Shown: positions 30,509-41,006, counted from the first letter of the stretch. The stretch: 64,000 nt of DNA from Minisyncoccota bacterium (GCA_041664205.1 JBAYLF010000001.1:67380-131379); one strand, 5' to 3'. Program-made: numbers and translations. Notes: generated by a model not told the origin, from the letters alone.

Positions 30509-32704
30509 TTACACTGATGCTGTTGGAGGTTTTGGTGTTGGAGGTTTTGGTTTTTCTTCTTGAACACCTTCTCCTGATTTTGTTTGCTCCTTCATCTCAC
30601 TCATTGCAGCTTCAAATATTTTGTCTTTATTACTCTTACTTTTTACTATCTTAGCTAATGCCATCTTGTCTGACTTTCCTAATGCCCCACCTGTCATCTT
30701 TGATAAAATTGATTTTTCTAACCCAGCTTTCATTTTATTTCCTCTATCTCTTGCCTTTTGTTCTATTGCCATTTTCTTGGTAATAGCTGCTTTAGAAATC
30801 TCCATTTTTTTCTCTGTTTCCGCAATTTTTCTTTTTGCCTCTTGTGCTTCTCTATTAGCTGCTTCCCGACGAGAATTAGACATCATTGGATTAGAAGAAA
30901 TAGCAGCTGCTGCTCTTAGATTACTCTTTTCTTTATTTAGTGTTCCTTCTAATTCTTTCATATTTCCTATCTTGCTTTGCTCTGCTGCTGCAGCAAGAGT
31001 TTCAGCTGTTGTTTGACTAGAAACCATTCCATGCATCTGGGTTTTTGCTTCAGTTTGTTTTTTAAGTTCAGCTGCAAAACCACCCCTTCCTCCAGCTGCG
31101 CCTACACCCATAGAACCTCCCACACCAGTAGCTCTAACATCAAAACTTGATTTTCCAACTTTACTCAAACCTTGTAGAGCAAGACGCCCAGCCTTACTAC
31201 CAGCTAAACTTCTAGCAAAATCTGAGTCAGATAACATTTCCGCTCCACGTCCAAATGTTTGTCTTCCTGCCCAACCCGCACCACCTAATACTGCTCCACC
31301 TGCATAAGCTTGGGCTTTACCAACAAATGTGCTTACAGCAGAACCTCCTTTTGAAGCTAATGATCTAGATATCACAAGTGATGCTATTAAAAATGCAGAA
31401 ACCACAATAAAATTTAGAATAATACCCATACTTCCGGAACCACTTGGATTACTAAGAGCATTTATAAATCCTCCATTATTCTTCATGGCCATTGCTGTTT
31501 TAAAACTATCACTAGTCACAATTAAAAGCGTGATCCATATAAGCATGAAAAATATTGGTGCAAAAAATGCTTGAGAAAAAAGTGCGCTCCACCACTTACT
31601 TGTAAAACTTCTGGTTTGAGGAAGCACCATACTAACAAAAGCTAAAGGCGACAATATCATTACCATTACCAAAACTACAAATCTTGTTGCAAAAAGTATA
31701 GCCGCAATAAAAAATACAAACGAGGTGATTAGTAAAAATATTGATCCCATCGTTGCTATTACAAAAGCATTTTCATTTTCAAGAAAAGCAAATTTATTAC
31801 TACCTGAGGCTTTTGCTTTTTCAATTTGATCTTTAGAAGGTATAAATATACTTTGAAGATTATAAACAGACTGAAACGACCCAGAAATATCTGGCGTGCC
31901 GTTAGCAGTTTGCGCACCTGTAGCAGAATAAAATTCTTTAGCTAAAATATTAGAAGAATCAATTATAACTTTTGTAATAAATAAACTGAAATTTATCAGA
32001 ACAATAGCTATTGCAAGTCTAGCAAGAAGCTGTTTAGTACCGAAGTTACTTAATTGAAGTATCGTAGCAATAGCAATATACAGAAGTATAAAAATAAATG
32101 TCATGTTTGCTACATCTCTCAGGGCTAGCCATGCTGTATTAATAGCGTCTATATTCGACACATTCGCAGCCATTTGAACAACAGTAATATTTACAGAATA
32201 ATTTAAAAGTGCAGATGCTTGAGCAAGAATCCATCCACATAATAACAAAAGGGCATAACCAAGATTTTTTAGAAGTAAACTAATACAAGCCCAAGAAAAT
32301 AAATTTATTACTCCACATTGCTTACTAGCGGCTTCTTCAGCCTTTTTTTGCTGATCTTGAGTTTGATATGGTTGAGTATTCTTAATATAGAGACTTCCAT
32401 CAGCATTCTGACTAAGATTCATTGCATAATTATTATCTGCTCCATCAAAAAGCATGGTGGCATGATTTTGACCATAAGCCGTGCTCTTATAACTTACAGG
32501 TTTATCGTTTATATATAGTTGATTATTTGCATCTGCTGTAAGTTTATAATTTGGATCTTGCTGCATTTTTAGAACATTCTGGACTTCATTTGAAAGAGGA
32601 GCTGTAGTATTCGTGGTTTGTGCATTCACACTTAAAGCAAAACTAAGAAGCATAACAATGGTTAAGCTAAAAAATATTAAAGTGTGTAAAATATTTTTTT
32701 TCAT
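30509..32704 (-). CDS. VirB6/TrbL-like polytopic membrane protein
   Basis: W..LRDVANMTFI, LINFSLFITKVIID, RFVVL..ILSPLAF..LP..KWW; Gly/Ala-rich and coiled-coil tail. Confidence 0.82.
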   Translation of the reverse strand: MKKNILHTLIFFSLTIVMLLSFALSVNAQTTNTTAPLSNEVQNVLKMQQDPNYKLTADANNQLYINDKPVSYKSTAYGQNHATMLFDGADNNYAMNLSQNADGSLYIKNTQPYQTQDQQKKAEEAASKQCGVINLFSWACISLLLKNLGYALLLLCGWILAQASALLNYSVNITVVQMAANVSNIDAINTAWLALRDVANMTFIFILLYIAIATILQLSNFGTKQLLARLAIAIVLINFSLFITKVIIDSSNILAKEFYSATGAQTANGTPDISGSFQSVYNLQSIFIPSKDQIEKAKASGSNKFAFLENENAFVIATMGSIFLLITSFVFFIAAILFATRFVVLVMVMILSPLAFVSMVLPQTRSFTSKWWSALFSQAFFAPIFFMLIWITLLIVTSDSFKTAMAMKNNGGFINALSNPSGSGSMGIILNFIVVSAFLIASLVISRSLASKGGSAVSTFVGKAQAYAGGAVLGGAGWAGRQTFGRGAEMLSDSDFARSLAGSKAGRLALQGLSKVGKSSFDVRATGVGGSMGVGAAGGRGGFAAELKKQTEAKTQMHGMVSSQTTAETLAAAAEQSKIGNMKELEGTLNKEKSNLRAAAAISSNPMMSNSRREAANREAQEAKRKIAETEKKMEISKAAITKKMAIEQKARDRGNKMKAGLEKSILSKMTGGALGKSDKMALAKIVKSKSNKDKIFEAAMSEMKEQTKSGEGVQEEKPKPPTPKPPTASV

Positions 32705-32747
32705 TTTTTAATACTTTGTAAAATTCAATCGCCCTAATTTATTAATA

Positions 32748-34430
32748 CTACTTAGTTACTGTTACTTTAGCGCTTTGTGTAACCGAACTTTCTGATTTTA
32801 TGCATGTAATTGTGTAAGTTGTTGTAGTTGCTGGAGATACTGTAATTGAACCTGACGTGCTAGATGCTACAAAATTAGTTCCGGAACATGAAGTAGTGTT
32901 AATTGAACTCCATAAAAGTTTCGATGAGCTTCCTAATTTTATCGAAGTAGGGTCAGCAGCAAATACAACTGTTGGTGTTGCGCTAGAACCTCCATTAAAT
33001 GTTGCTCCGACTGTTTTATTTGAATTAAGTGTAACTGCACACGTTCCTGTGCCTGTGCAAGCTCCTGACCAGCCTGTAAATGTTGCGCCTGTGCCTGGCG
33101 TTGCTGTTAATGTTATTGATGTTCCTGAATTTGATATTTGAGAACAAATTGTTCCACAAGTTATTCCTCCTCCTGAGACTACTCCGGATCCTGTTCCTAA
33201 TTTATTTATAGAAAGAGTATATTTTGTTGTTGTTCCACCACCTGTTGTCCCACCCCCAGTAGTTCCTCCACCAGTTGTGCCCCCTCCTGTAGTTCCTCCA
33301 CCAGAAGGACTCCCGAGATTAAAACCTCCTCCTGTAATGTATGGTCCAATCTTTCTACTATTATTAATTCCGGAACCACTATTACCATAATTAAATGAAT
33401 TACCATTATATGAGCTTCCGTTAGTTCCACTATTAAATTGTTGCTGTGCGTTTTGTAAAGTAGTTGGATCAGTTAAAAGTCCTAGATTTCTCTTTGTGAA
33501 TTGTGTCGACATATCAGATATAAATTCTTGATATTCATTAGAAGATTCAATTCTTCGTAAGTTACTTCCTAAGTTGTTATTTGCTTGTGTCCCTACAACC
33601 GATCCTGGTGTAATTAGGTCAGAATAAAGATTATTAGTGGCTCTGTAAGGCTTAAAACCATCTCCTTGATTAAGAAGGGTCAACTCATTCTGTTGTTTTT
33701 GTTGGATTTGATAATCTAATTGATTTTCTGCTTCTGTGTAAGCACCCCAAATATTATTTCTATTTGCTAACATTTCATCCCACGCTTGTGCACCGCCATT
33801 ATTCCAATCACTCACAAAACTATCAGAATCTGTTAGATATTGATTTTGTTGTTTATTCCTATCCGAGTAATTATCAATATAATCGCTCATTAATGCATTT
33901 TTTACAGTGCTATTAATTGTGTTTTGAGGTAATAAATCAAATTGCTTTTCAAAAAATCTTATTGTTGCTTGATCAGATACATTAGTTAGATAATCATCTA
34001 AATTTGTTACAAACATAGGATTTCCTTGATCTCCTGTATTTACCCATTTAACTGTGTCTTCTGTTATTTTATTAATGACTCCTGAAACTGTTTTAAAATC
34101 TTTACTGTCCAAACTTTCGCCATTAGCACAAGGACCACCAATTCCTACTTCCTTACAAGAAACTGCGCGAGTCCATTGTTCTATAAGAACAAGTAGATCT
34201 TTTGACATTTTTGTCCATTGTTCTATAAGTCGTGTTGATTGTTGTATAGCACTAGAACTTGATTTTATAGCGCTAGTGTTTGATCCTACTTTTGAATCAA
34301 CAACTGGAATTGCGCCACCGGCTAAAGCTGTCCCAGTATTTACTAAGAAAAAGAATAGAATAAATATTGAAAAAATAGCTGCTTTATTTTTCATTTTGGA
34401 AATTATTTTAAAATAGCGATTAAATAACAT
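32748..34430 (-). CDS. Secreted protein with VirB5-like N-region, (GGGTT)5 linker, InlB-B-like domain and C-terminal Ig-like domain
   Basis: Signal peptide, IPVVD, WVNTG..P.FV; YTLSINK.GTGSG..FTGWSGAC.GTG.C; TTTYTITC. Confidence 0.7.
   Translation of the reverse strand: MLFNRYFKIISKMKNKAAIFSIFILFFFLVNTGTALAGGAIPVVDSKVGSNTSAIKSSSSAIQQSTRLIEQWTKMSKDLLVLIEQWTRAVSCKEVGIGGPCANGESLDSKDFKTVSGVINKITEDTVKWVNTGDQGNPMFVTNLDDYLTNVSDQATIRFFEKQFDLLPQNTINSTVKNALMSDYIDNYSDRNKQQNQYLTDSDSFVSDWNNGGAQAWDEMLANRNNIWGAYTEAENQLDYQIQQKQQNELTLLNQGDGFKPYRATNNLYSDLITPGSVVGTQANNNLGSNLRRIESSNEYQEFISDMSTQFTKRNLGLLTDPTTLQNAQQQFNSGTNGSSYNGNSFNYGNSGSGINNSRKIGPYITGGGFNLGSPSGGGTTGGGTTGGGTTGGGTTGGGTTTKYTLSINKLGTGSGVVSGGGITCGTICSQISNSGTSITLTATPGTGATFTGWSGACTGTGTCAVTLNSNKTVGATFNGGSSATPTVVFAADPTSIKLGSSSKLLWSSINTTSCSGTNFVASSTSGSITVSPATTTTYTITCIKSESSVTQSAKVTVTK
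33227..33303 (-). repeat. Coding pentapeptide repeat (GGGTT)x5
   Basis: 15-bp period with diversified codons inside 32748-34430. Confidence 0.85.
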
Positions 34431-34436
34431 AAATTT

Positions 34437-35459
34437 TTACATATTAGATATTTCCCAAAAATATCCTGCTTCATCTTTATTAAAAGTAATATTATTCTTT
34501 TTTAAATAACTCATAACGTTTTTGTAATTTTGAACCTGCACCGTAGAATAACTTGCAAATTTTTGTAACCCTCCTAAAGCATTGATTGGGTCGCTATCAT
34601 ATAAACTCATTTCAAAAATTCCTTGTCCCATTATGTAATGTGTATTAATAATATCTAAATGGTTTTTGGAAAGCGCTGCTGGCACAGGAATTTTGGAAAG
34701 ATCTTCTGCTAATAAAATGTAATACTTTGCGATCTCTGATAATTTTGCACCTGCATTGTTGTCATTTCCGTTAGTTGAGTTATTAAAAATTTCATAAGGA
34801 TCCGTTGACGCAATATCAGGATAACTAGAAACTGCAAAAATTAAATCGTTACCATATTTTTTGTCTGATTCTTTTGTTCCATCATTAACAATATTTAATG
34901 AACTTAATGAATATTTAATTGTGGCTTCTGTTGGCTTGTAACTATTTACTAATGAATCTATTAATTGTTTTTTTGTGTCTGCATTCAAATTACCTGCATC
35001 TTGTAATTTTAAATATTGCGTAGTCGCATCATTAGCAATTTGTTGTGTTATCGAAACTTGATCGCTACTAATTTCATATGACGCCGCTTTATTTTTATTT
35101 TGATCGACAAAAGTAATACTGTCTTTATTTAACTTATCATTAGGACCTTTCACTAAAGGATTTCTTCCTTGTTTTATTTCATCACCATCTTTTGCACCAT
35201 CGCCATCTGTGTCTGGATTTAATAAATCAGTTTTCCAAAGCGATTCTTCCCAGTCCGGCAACCCATCATTGTCGCTATCTTTTGCTGAATTTAAATCAGA
35301 TACTACCTGGAGAGATTTTACTTCATTAAAATTTTGAACTTTGTAGCCTATTTTTTGACTTAATTTATTGATACCTCCTCTTGATATAAAGAAGAAACCA
35401 CCCACAAAAGCGAGAGATACCAAAAAAATTCCCCAAATTTTTTTGCTTGGCAAGTTCAA
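34437..35459 (-). CDS. Membrane-anchored protein with thrombospondin type-3-like Ca-binding repeat
   Basis: DSDNDGLPDWEE..TD..NPDTDGDG..DGDE...GRNP. Confidence 0.8.
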   Translation of the reverse strand: MNLPSKKIWGIFLVSLAFVGGFFFISRGGINKLSQKIGYKVQNFNEVKSLQVVSDLNSAKDSDNDGLPDWEESLWKTDLLNPDTDGDGAKDGDEIKQGRNPLVKGPNDKLNKDSITFVDQNKNKAASYEISSDQVSITQQIANDATTQYLKLQDAGNLNADTKKQLIDSLVNSYKPTEATIKYSLSSLNIVNDGTKESDKKYGNDLIFAVSSYPDIASTDPYEIFNNSTNGNDNNAGAKLSEIAKYYILLAEDLSKIPVPAALSKNHLDIINTHYIMGQGIFEMSLYDSDPINALGGLQKFASYSTVQVQNYKNVMSYLKKNNITFNKDEAGYFWEISNM

Positions 35460-35659
35460 GATAAAAATTCTTAAAAGCAGCTACAATACTTCCAGCTTGC
35501 TTAAATTAATTATATCAAATAATACATATATAGTATGTGAAAAACTTCATTTATGTGGATAGTGAGAAGTAAAAATTTATAAAAAATAATTATTTATTTT
35601 TAAAACAAAAAAGCCAGCGTTTTTTAAGCGCTGGCTTTAGAATTCATACTTTCTTTTTG

Positions 35660-36304
35660 TTACTTTTCTGGTTTCTTTTCTAAAAGTCTCTGAATATTAC
35701 CTGAGTCTTTTTCAATTCTTCCTTGTTCCAATCTCACGTCTATCGTCCATAAAAACCTAGTATCATGCAATGTGTGTAATATCACAGGTTGATTACCGAG
35801 ACTATTCGCGGTTCTAAACTTTAAATCAACTTCACACATAGCAAAGGGGCTTGAAGGAGATAGATCGACTGTATAAGGTTTTCCGATGGCCAAAAAAACC
35901 ACTTTTAGTTTTTGACCAGGTTTTAGAAACCCATTGTTACTCCTGTATTTTTCATTTGATCCACTTAATACCTTGCCAATATTATGACCAGTAGTGGAAT
36001 CAAACAATATCTGCAAGGGAAATTCGGCAGTATTTTGAAAAACATAAGAACAAGCATACATTTCGGTTACCTCAACTTCAGCCATTCCTTTTGTTTTTGC
36101 GTAAATACTACTTATAAACCGTTGGGCTTCCTTATAATAAGGACCATTTTCATCCAAAATATCAATCTTTTGTAGATTTGAATCAACTTCGATAATATAT
36201 TTGGAAATCGCAACATCCTTGTTTCCAACAACCTGATCGGCCATTGAAAAACAAGGGACTAGAAAGTATGTTAATGTCAAAAGAGCAATCATCAGTGTTT
36301 TCAT
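35660..36304 (-). CDS. Secreted hypothetical protein (ORFan)
   Basis: Signal peptide; own promoter TTGACA-17-TACAAT (36367-36395) and terminator at ~35610-35638. Confidence 0.7.
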   Translation of the reverse strand: MKTLMIALLTLTYFLVPCFSMADQVVGNKDVAISKYIIEVDSNLQKIDILDENGPYYKEAQRFISSIYAKTKGMAEVEVTEMYACSYVFQNTAEFPLQILFDSTTGHNIGKVLSGSNEKYRSNNGFLKPGQKLKVVFLAIGKPYTVDLSPSSPFAMCEVDLKFRTANSLGNQPVILHTLHDTRFLWTIDVRLEQGRIEKDSGNIQRLLEKKPEK

Positions 36305-36366
36305 TTTCTTTTTCAGTATTTTAAAGTTTCGATGTTTTTACAGCGTTTTTGCTGTTTTCTGCGTTA

Positions 36367-36441
36367 ATTGTATGATATTTTTAAAGATTTGTCAATAAAA
36401 ATGTGAGTTTCAATTGACATCTGTCATTCATTTTGTATAAT
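36367..36441. promoter_or_regulatory. Divergent sigma70 promoters (ORFan on minus, nusA on plus)
   Basis: Minus TTGACA-17-TACAAT at 36367-36395; plus TTGACA-16-TATAAT at 36414-36441. Confidence 0.7.
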
Positions 36442-36463
36442 TGTAAATGTTAAATCAATGTTC

Positions 36464-36488
36464 GCCCACGAGGCGGGCTATTTTTTTA
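36464..36488 (+). promoter_or_regulatory. Terminator/attenuator-like hairpin in the nusA leader
   Basis: GCCCAC-GAG-GCGGGC followed by a T-run, between promoter and ATG. Confidence 0.5.
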
Positions 36489-36559
36489 AAAAAATTAAAA
36501 ATATAATATATAAAATGGCTACAAATATAGATTATTGGCTGTTTTATTAACAAAATATA

Positions 36560-37720
36560 ATGCTTGACTTAAAAGTAATAAATTCAGTTTTAGAACAATT
36601 AGAAGAAGAACGCGGAATCCCTAAGGAAAAAATCATGGAAGCAATAGAAATGGCCTTAGCTACCGCATACAAGAAAGAATACGGTAAAAAAGGCCAGATT
36701 GTTAGAGCTACTTTTGATATTAACACCGGAGCTACACAATTTTTCCAAGTAAAGAAAATTGTTGATGAATCTTTGGTAATAATTGAGGAAGAAGGTGAAG
36801 ATTTTGATGACCAATCAAAAACACCAATAATCGACGAGGAAGACGGACGTGTTAGATACAATCCGGAGCATCATATTTTGATAGAAGATGCAAAAAAGAT
36901 CAAAAAAGACTCTGTTTTAGGCGAAGAGATAGTATTTCCTTTAGAAACAAAGAGTGATTTTGGACGAATTGCAGCCCAAACAGCAAAACAGGTAATTATT
37001 CAAAAAATCCGTGAAGCTGAAAGAGTTTCTGTTGTTGGTGAATTTGGTGAAAAGGAAGGAGAAATCGTAAGTGGCACAGTTCAGAGAGTAGAACATGGAA
37101 ATATCTTTCTAGATATGGGCAGAACAAGCGGTATTTTACCTTTTGAAGAGCAAATTCCAGGAGAAAGATACAGACAAGGCGAACGAATTCGCGTATATCT
37201 TGATAGAGTTGAAGAGACTCCAAGAGGTATTTTTCTAAGACTCTCAAGATCACATCCTAAATTTCTTATAAAACTATTCGAAGTTGAGGTCCCAGAAATT
37301 GCCAGCGGTGTAGTAGAAATTAAAGCTGTGGCTCGTGAAGCAGGTTCTCGTTCAAAAGTGGCTACATATTCAAATGATGAACATATAGATCCTGTTGGTT
37401 CTATGGTTGGACAGCGAGGAGTTCGCGTTTCTACAGTTATGAGTGAGCTTGGTGGTGAAAAAATAGACATAATTCAATGGTCTCCTGACACAAAAAAGTT
37501 TATTGAGGACTCCCTATCACCTGCACATGTATTGAGCGTAGATATTGATGAAAAAGAGCGCAGAGCAGTAGTTAAAGTCACTGAAGATCAACAATCATTA
37601 GCAATAGGAAAAGGTGGTCAAAATGTGCGTCTTGCAGTTAAACTTACAGGTTGGAAAATAGATATCCAATCCGTAAAAGGAGAAAATTTAGCAGAATCTG
37701 AAGAATCTTCAGAAAAATAA
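36560..37720 (+). CDS. nusA: Transcription factor NusA
   Basis: FGRIAAQTAKQVIIQ, LSRSHP, EVPEI, AREAGSRSK, AIGKGGQNVRLA..LTGWKIDI. Confidence 0.98.
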   Translation: MLDLKVINSVLEQLEEERGIPKEKIMEAIEMALATAYKKEYGKKGQIVRATFDINTGATQFFQVKKIVDESLVIIEEEGEDFDDQSKTPIIDEEDGRVRYNPEHHILIEDAKKIKKDSVLGEEIVFPLETKSDFGRIAAQTAKQVIIQKIREAERVSVVGEFGEKEGEIVSGTVQRVEHGNIFLDMGRTSGILPFEEQIPGERYRQGERIRVYLDRVEETPRGIFLRLSRSHPKFLIKLFEVEVPEIASGVVEIKAVAREAGSRSKVATYSNDEHIDPVGSMVGQRGVRVSTVMSELGGEKIDIIQWSPDTKKFIEDSLSPAHVLSVDIDEKERRAVVKVTEDQQSLAIGKGGQNVRLAVKLTGWKIDIQSVKGENLAESEESSEK

Positions 37721-37864
37721 AATTAATTTTTAAATTTAATAAACAAAAAGCCGAGAAATCGGCTTTTTGTTTATATCAACCTTGTTTTTAATCTATATAA
37801 AAAATATAATTACAATAAGACTTTTAAAAAGAAGTCTATTAATTAGAGTAATTAAAAAATAATC

Positions 37865-38635
37865 ATGAATCATAATATTAATAAAAGAACTTTCGTCTTA
37901 CTTGGTATCATTGGAGCAATGGCTTTGATTCCAAACATCATTCTTGCTGAAACAAATAATCCACCGAAACCTATTAACAAACCCAACGGAGTAATAAAAG
38001 ATATGAAACAGGATACCAAACAAGTTATTCAAAATGAAAGAAAGGATCTTAAAAATGATATACATTACATAAAAGAAAACGCCAGCACTACAGGAACTAG
38101 CACAAGAAAACAGATAGAAGAAAAGAAAATCGAAACCAAAGGAATAATCAAAGATGAAAAACAAGATTTAAAAAACAGAGTAAGAATCGAACAAAATAAA
38201 AAGTTATTAGACCAAACAATAAAAAAATTAACTGCGGCATACGAAAGATTAAAAACATTAGCGGAAAGAATCGATTCTCGTATAAAAAAGCTTGAAAGTC
38301 AAAATATTGATGAAACAAAATCTAAAACTATTCTTGCGCAAGCAAACCTAAAAATTACAGACGTTGAACAAAAAATTCATTTGTTTTCAACAACAACCAT
38401 CAGCACAATGCTTTCAAATGCAACAACTACCGAATCAACAAAAGTTGTAACAAAAAAGATTAAAGATAGCACTTCAGTAATAAAACAAGAATTACAAGAT
38501 ATTCAAAAACTTTTAGCAGACTCGGTCAATAGTCTAAAACCAGGTTTTAACAAAAATGCCACAACGACAAATGCTACATCAACTCCAGATAGAAATAAAT
38601 TTGGCACCACAACTCCTAAAAATCCTAAAAAATAA
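37865..38635 (+). CDS. Secreted coiled-coil hypothetical protein
   Basis: Signal peptide; K/E/Q-rich helices, RIDSRIKKL. Confidence 0.7.
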   Translation: MNHNINKRTFVLLGIIGAMALIPNIILAETNNPPKPINKPNGVIKDMKQDTKQVIQNERKDLKNDIHYIKENASTTGTSTRKQIEEKKIETKGIIKDEKQDLKNRVRIEQNKKLLDQTIKKLTAAYERLKTLAERIDSRIKKLESQNIDETKSKTILAQANLKITDVEQKIHLFSTTTISTMLSNATTTESTKVVTKKIKDSTSVIKQELQDIQKLLADSVNSLKPGFNKNATTTNATSTPDRNKFGTTTPKNPKK

Positions 38636-38657
38636 TTAGAAATAAAAAAAATTTAAA

Positions 38658-38993
38658 ATGGAAAATTTAAATCAACAAAATAATACAAATAACGCTAGTG
38701 GAACAATACCAGAAATTAAAATGACACCGAAAAATTCAATTGGACCGCTTGTAAGTGCATTGATTGTTATTGCTCTTATTGCATTAGGAGGACTTTATGC
38801 TTGGAGCCAAAATATTTCTAAAATTGAAGAAATAAAAAGTGAAAATACAGAAATTATTAAAAGTAATACAGCTCAAGAAGAAATTAATAAGCTTACAACA
38901 CAAGGAACAAGTGATGAAGTAGATTCGATTAAACAAGATTTGGATGCCACTAATTTAGACAAAATCGATTCTGATGTTCAATCAATACAATAA
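38658..38993 (+). CDS. Small single-TM hypothetical protein
   Basis: GPLVSALIVIALIALGGLYAW, TSDEVDSIKQDL. Confidence 0.7.
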   Translation: MENLNQQNNTNNASGTIPEIKMTPKNSIGPLVSALIVIALIALGGLYAWSQNISKIEEIKSENTEIIKSNTAQEEINKLTTQGTSDEVDSIKQDLDATNLDKIDSDVQSIQ

Positions 38994-39098
38994 GTTATAA
39001 AAATCTAAATTAAATCTTTTTCTAACCCCTTTGATCTGTCAGAGGGGTTAGATTGTAAAAGAGTTGTAAAAAATGAATTTCAGTATAAACTATCATTT

Positions 39099-40118
39099 AT
39101 GAAAAAAATAAATTATAAAATATTAAATATTAACAATCTACCTCATTCAGAAGTTGAAATTGAGGTTGAAATTCCTGTCGAAGAACTAAATAAGCAAAGA
39201 AAAGAAACCTTAATTAAGCTTTCTGAAAAAGTTGAAATTTCAGGATTCAGAAAAGGTCATATTCCTGAAAGTGTTTTGGTTCAAAAAATAGGAGAAAACA
39301 CAGTTCTAGAAGAAACTGCTGATGAAATAATCTCAAATGTATATACTCAGATTCTTTTTGATAAAAAAATAGATGCTATCGGCAAACCAGAAGTTACAAT
39401 AAAAGAGCTCGCTAGTGGAAAACCTGTCATTATTAAAATAAAAACCGCCATAATTCCAGAAATTAAAATTTCCGACTATAAAAAGATCGCTAAAAATGAA
39501 ATGTCTAAAAAAGATGAATCTACTGAAGTAAGTGATGAGGAACTTGAAAAAACTATAACAACCATCCAAAAATCCCAACTCAAAAGCCCTGATGAAAAAG
39601 TTCCAGAATTAACTGATGAATTTGTAAAAAAATTCGGCAATTTCACTGATGTTGCTGATTTCAAAAACAAAGTAAAAGAAATGCTTATTAATGAAAAGGC
39701 ACATAAAAATAAAGAGAAAAAAAGAATCGCCGTAGCAGAAGAAATCGTAAAAGATTCAAAAATTGATCTGCCTAAGATATTGATAGACAGCGAATTAAAT
39801 AAAATGGAAGCTGAATTTAAAGATAATCTATTAAGAATGGGTGGAACTATGGAAGATTATCTCGCTAAGATCAAAAAAAGTTTGGAAGATCTAAAAAAAG
39901 AATGGCAAAAAGATGCCGAAAAAAGAGCTAAACTACAATTATGTTTAAACAAAATAGCGCACGATGAAAAGATTACAGTAAAAGAAGAACTTATTAATCA
40001 TGAAACAGAGCATATGTTAGAACATTATAAAGAAGCTGATCCTGAACGCGTTAGAGTCTACATAACTTCTGTTCTAACTAATGAAGAAGTTTTTAAATTT
40101 TTAGAAGCTCAAAAATAA
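39099..40118 (+). CDS. tig: Trigger factor, short form apparently lacking the FKBP PPIase domain
   Basis: SGFRKGHIP ribosome-binding motif, PELTDEFVK; 339 aa. Confidence 0.9.
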   Translation: MKKINYKILNINNLPHSEVEIEVEIPVEELNKQRKETLIKLSEKVEISGFRKGHIPESVLVQKIGENTVLEETADEIISNVYTQILFDKKIDAIGKPEVTIKELASGKPVIIKIKTAIIPEIKISDYKKIAKNEMSKKDESTEVSDEELEKTITTIQKSQLKSPDEKVPELTDEFVKKFGNFTDVADFKNKVKEMLINEKAHKNKEKKRIAVAEEIVKDSKIDLPKILIDSELNKMEAEFKDNLLRMGGTMEDYLAKIKKSLEDLKKEWQKDAEKRAKLQLCLNKIAHDEKITVKEELINHETEHMLEHYKEADPERVRVYITSVLTNEEVFKFLEAQK

Positions 40119-40126
40119 GATTTTTC

Positions 40127-40201
40127 TTGTCATTCCCGCGAAAGCGGGAATCCAGACCATATAGATAAAAACCTAGATTCCCGCTTTCGCGGGAATGACA
40201 A
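40127..40201. repeat. dRS3/REP-like palindromic element, copy 2
   Basis: TTGTCATTCCCGCGAAAGCGGGAATCCAG..CTAGATTCCCGCTTTCGCGGGAATGACAA, between convergent tig and rsmE. Confidence 0.9.
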
Positions 40202-40221
40202 ACTAATTCATAATTAGTTAT

Positions 40222-40920
40222 TTATAACAATAAGAGTGCGCTCGAAACAATTGCTGCTGTTTCAGCGCGCAACACGCAATTTCCCAAACAAACAATTTTT
40301 ACATTATTATTTTTAAATAATTCAATTTCCCTTTCTGTCCATCCTCCTTCAGGTCCGATCAAAATAATCATTTCTTGATTGCCTTCAAAATCTTCCTTTT
40401 TAAACTGCTCGCCTTCAAGGTGAAACGCAACAATCGGAATTTTATATTTAACAATGTCATCAATTTTTATAATCTCATGTAGCTCCGGCATAAATCCCCT
40501 TCCAGATTGCTCGCTTGCTTCTTTAATAATTTTTCTAGCTCGTTCCATATTTATATCTTTCTTCTCGCTTCGATCAGAAATTAATGGAACAAAATCTGAA
40601 ACGCCAACCTCTGTGCATTTTTCAATCACCCATTCAAAATTATCTTTTTTAATAAGAGACTGAATAACCCAAAGCTTTTTTGAAGGAATATTTTTGTTTT
40701 CCTTTGATTCTATAATAGAAACTTTTGCTTCTTTCTTTGTAAGTAGAGTAATTTCTGAAAGATATTCAAATCCGCTATTATCAAGAAGGATTATTCTTTC
40801 ACCTGAAGAAAATCTAAAAACCTTCTGCCATTGGTGAATAAGTTCAGAATCTGTAATAAAAATCTCCTTTCCAACATTCTCATTTAGTTTTTGTGTAATA
40901 AAAAATTTATGAAGTCGCAT
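40222..40920 (-). CDS. rsmE: 16S rRNA m3U1498 methyltransferase
   Basis: EKCTEVGV, EASEQSGR, IGPEGG, LG..VLRAETA. Confidence 0.95.
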   Translation of the reverse strand: MRLHKFFITQKLNENVGKEIFITDSELIHQWQKVFRFSSGERIILLDNSGFEYLSEITLLTKKEAKVSIIESKENKNIPSKKLWVIQSLIKKDNFEWVIEKCTEVGVSDFVPLISDRSEKKDINMERARKIIKEASEQSGRGFMPELHEIIKIDDIVKYKIPIVAFHLEGEQFKKEDFEGNQEMIILIGPEGGWTEREIELFKNNNVKIVCLGNCVLRAETAAIVSSALLLL

Positions 40921-41006
40921 ACAATCAATGTATCATCAGACAATTTTCACGCAAGATTTTTAGAAAAAATTATTTAAAATAAAAGTTCTTCACAATATTG
41001 AACCTA

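Noticed and set aside
22847-35459. Integrative conjugative element
   Set aside because: No integrase, relaxase, att repeats or compositional break is visible; it matches the resident CPR locus type.
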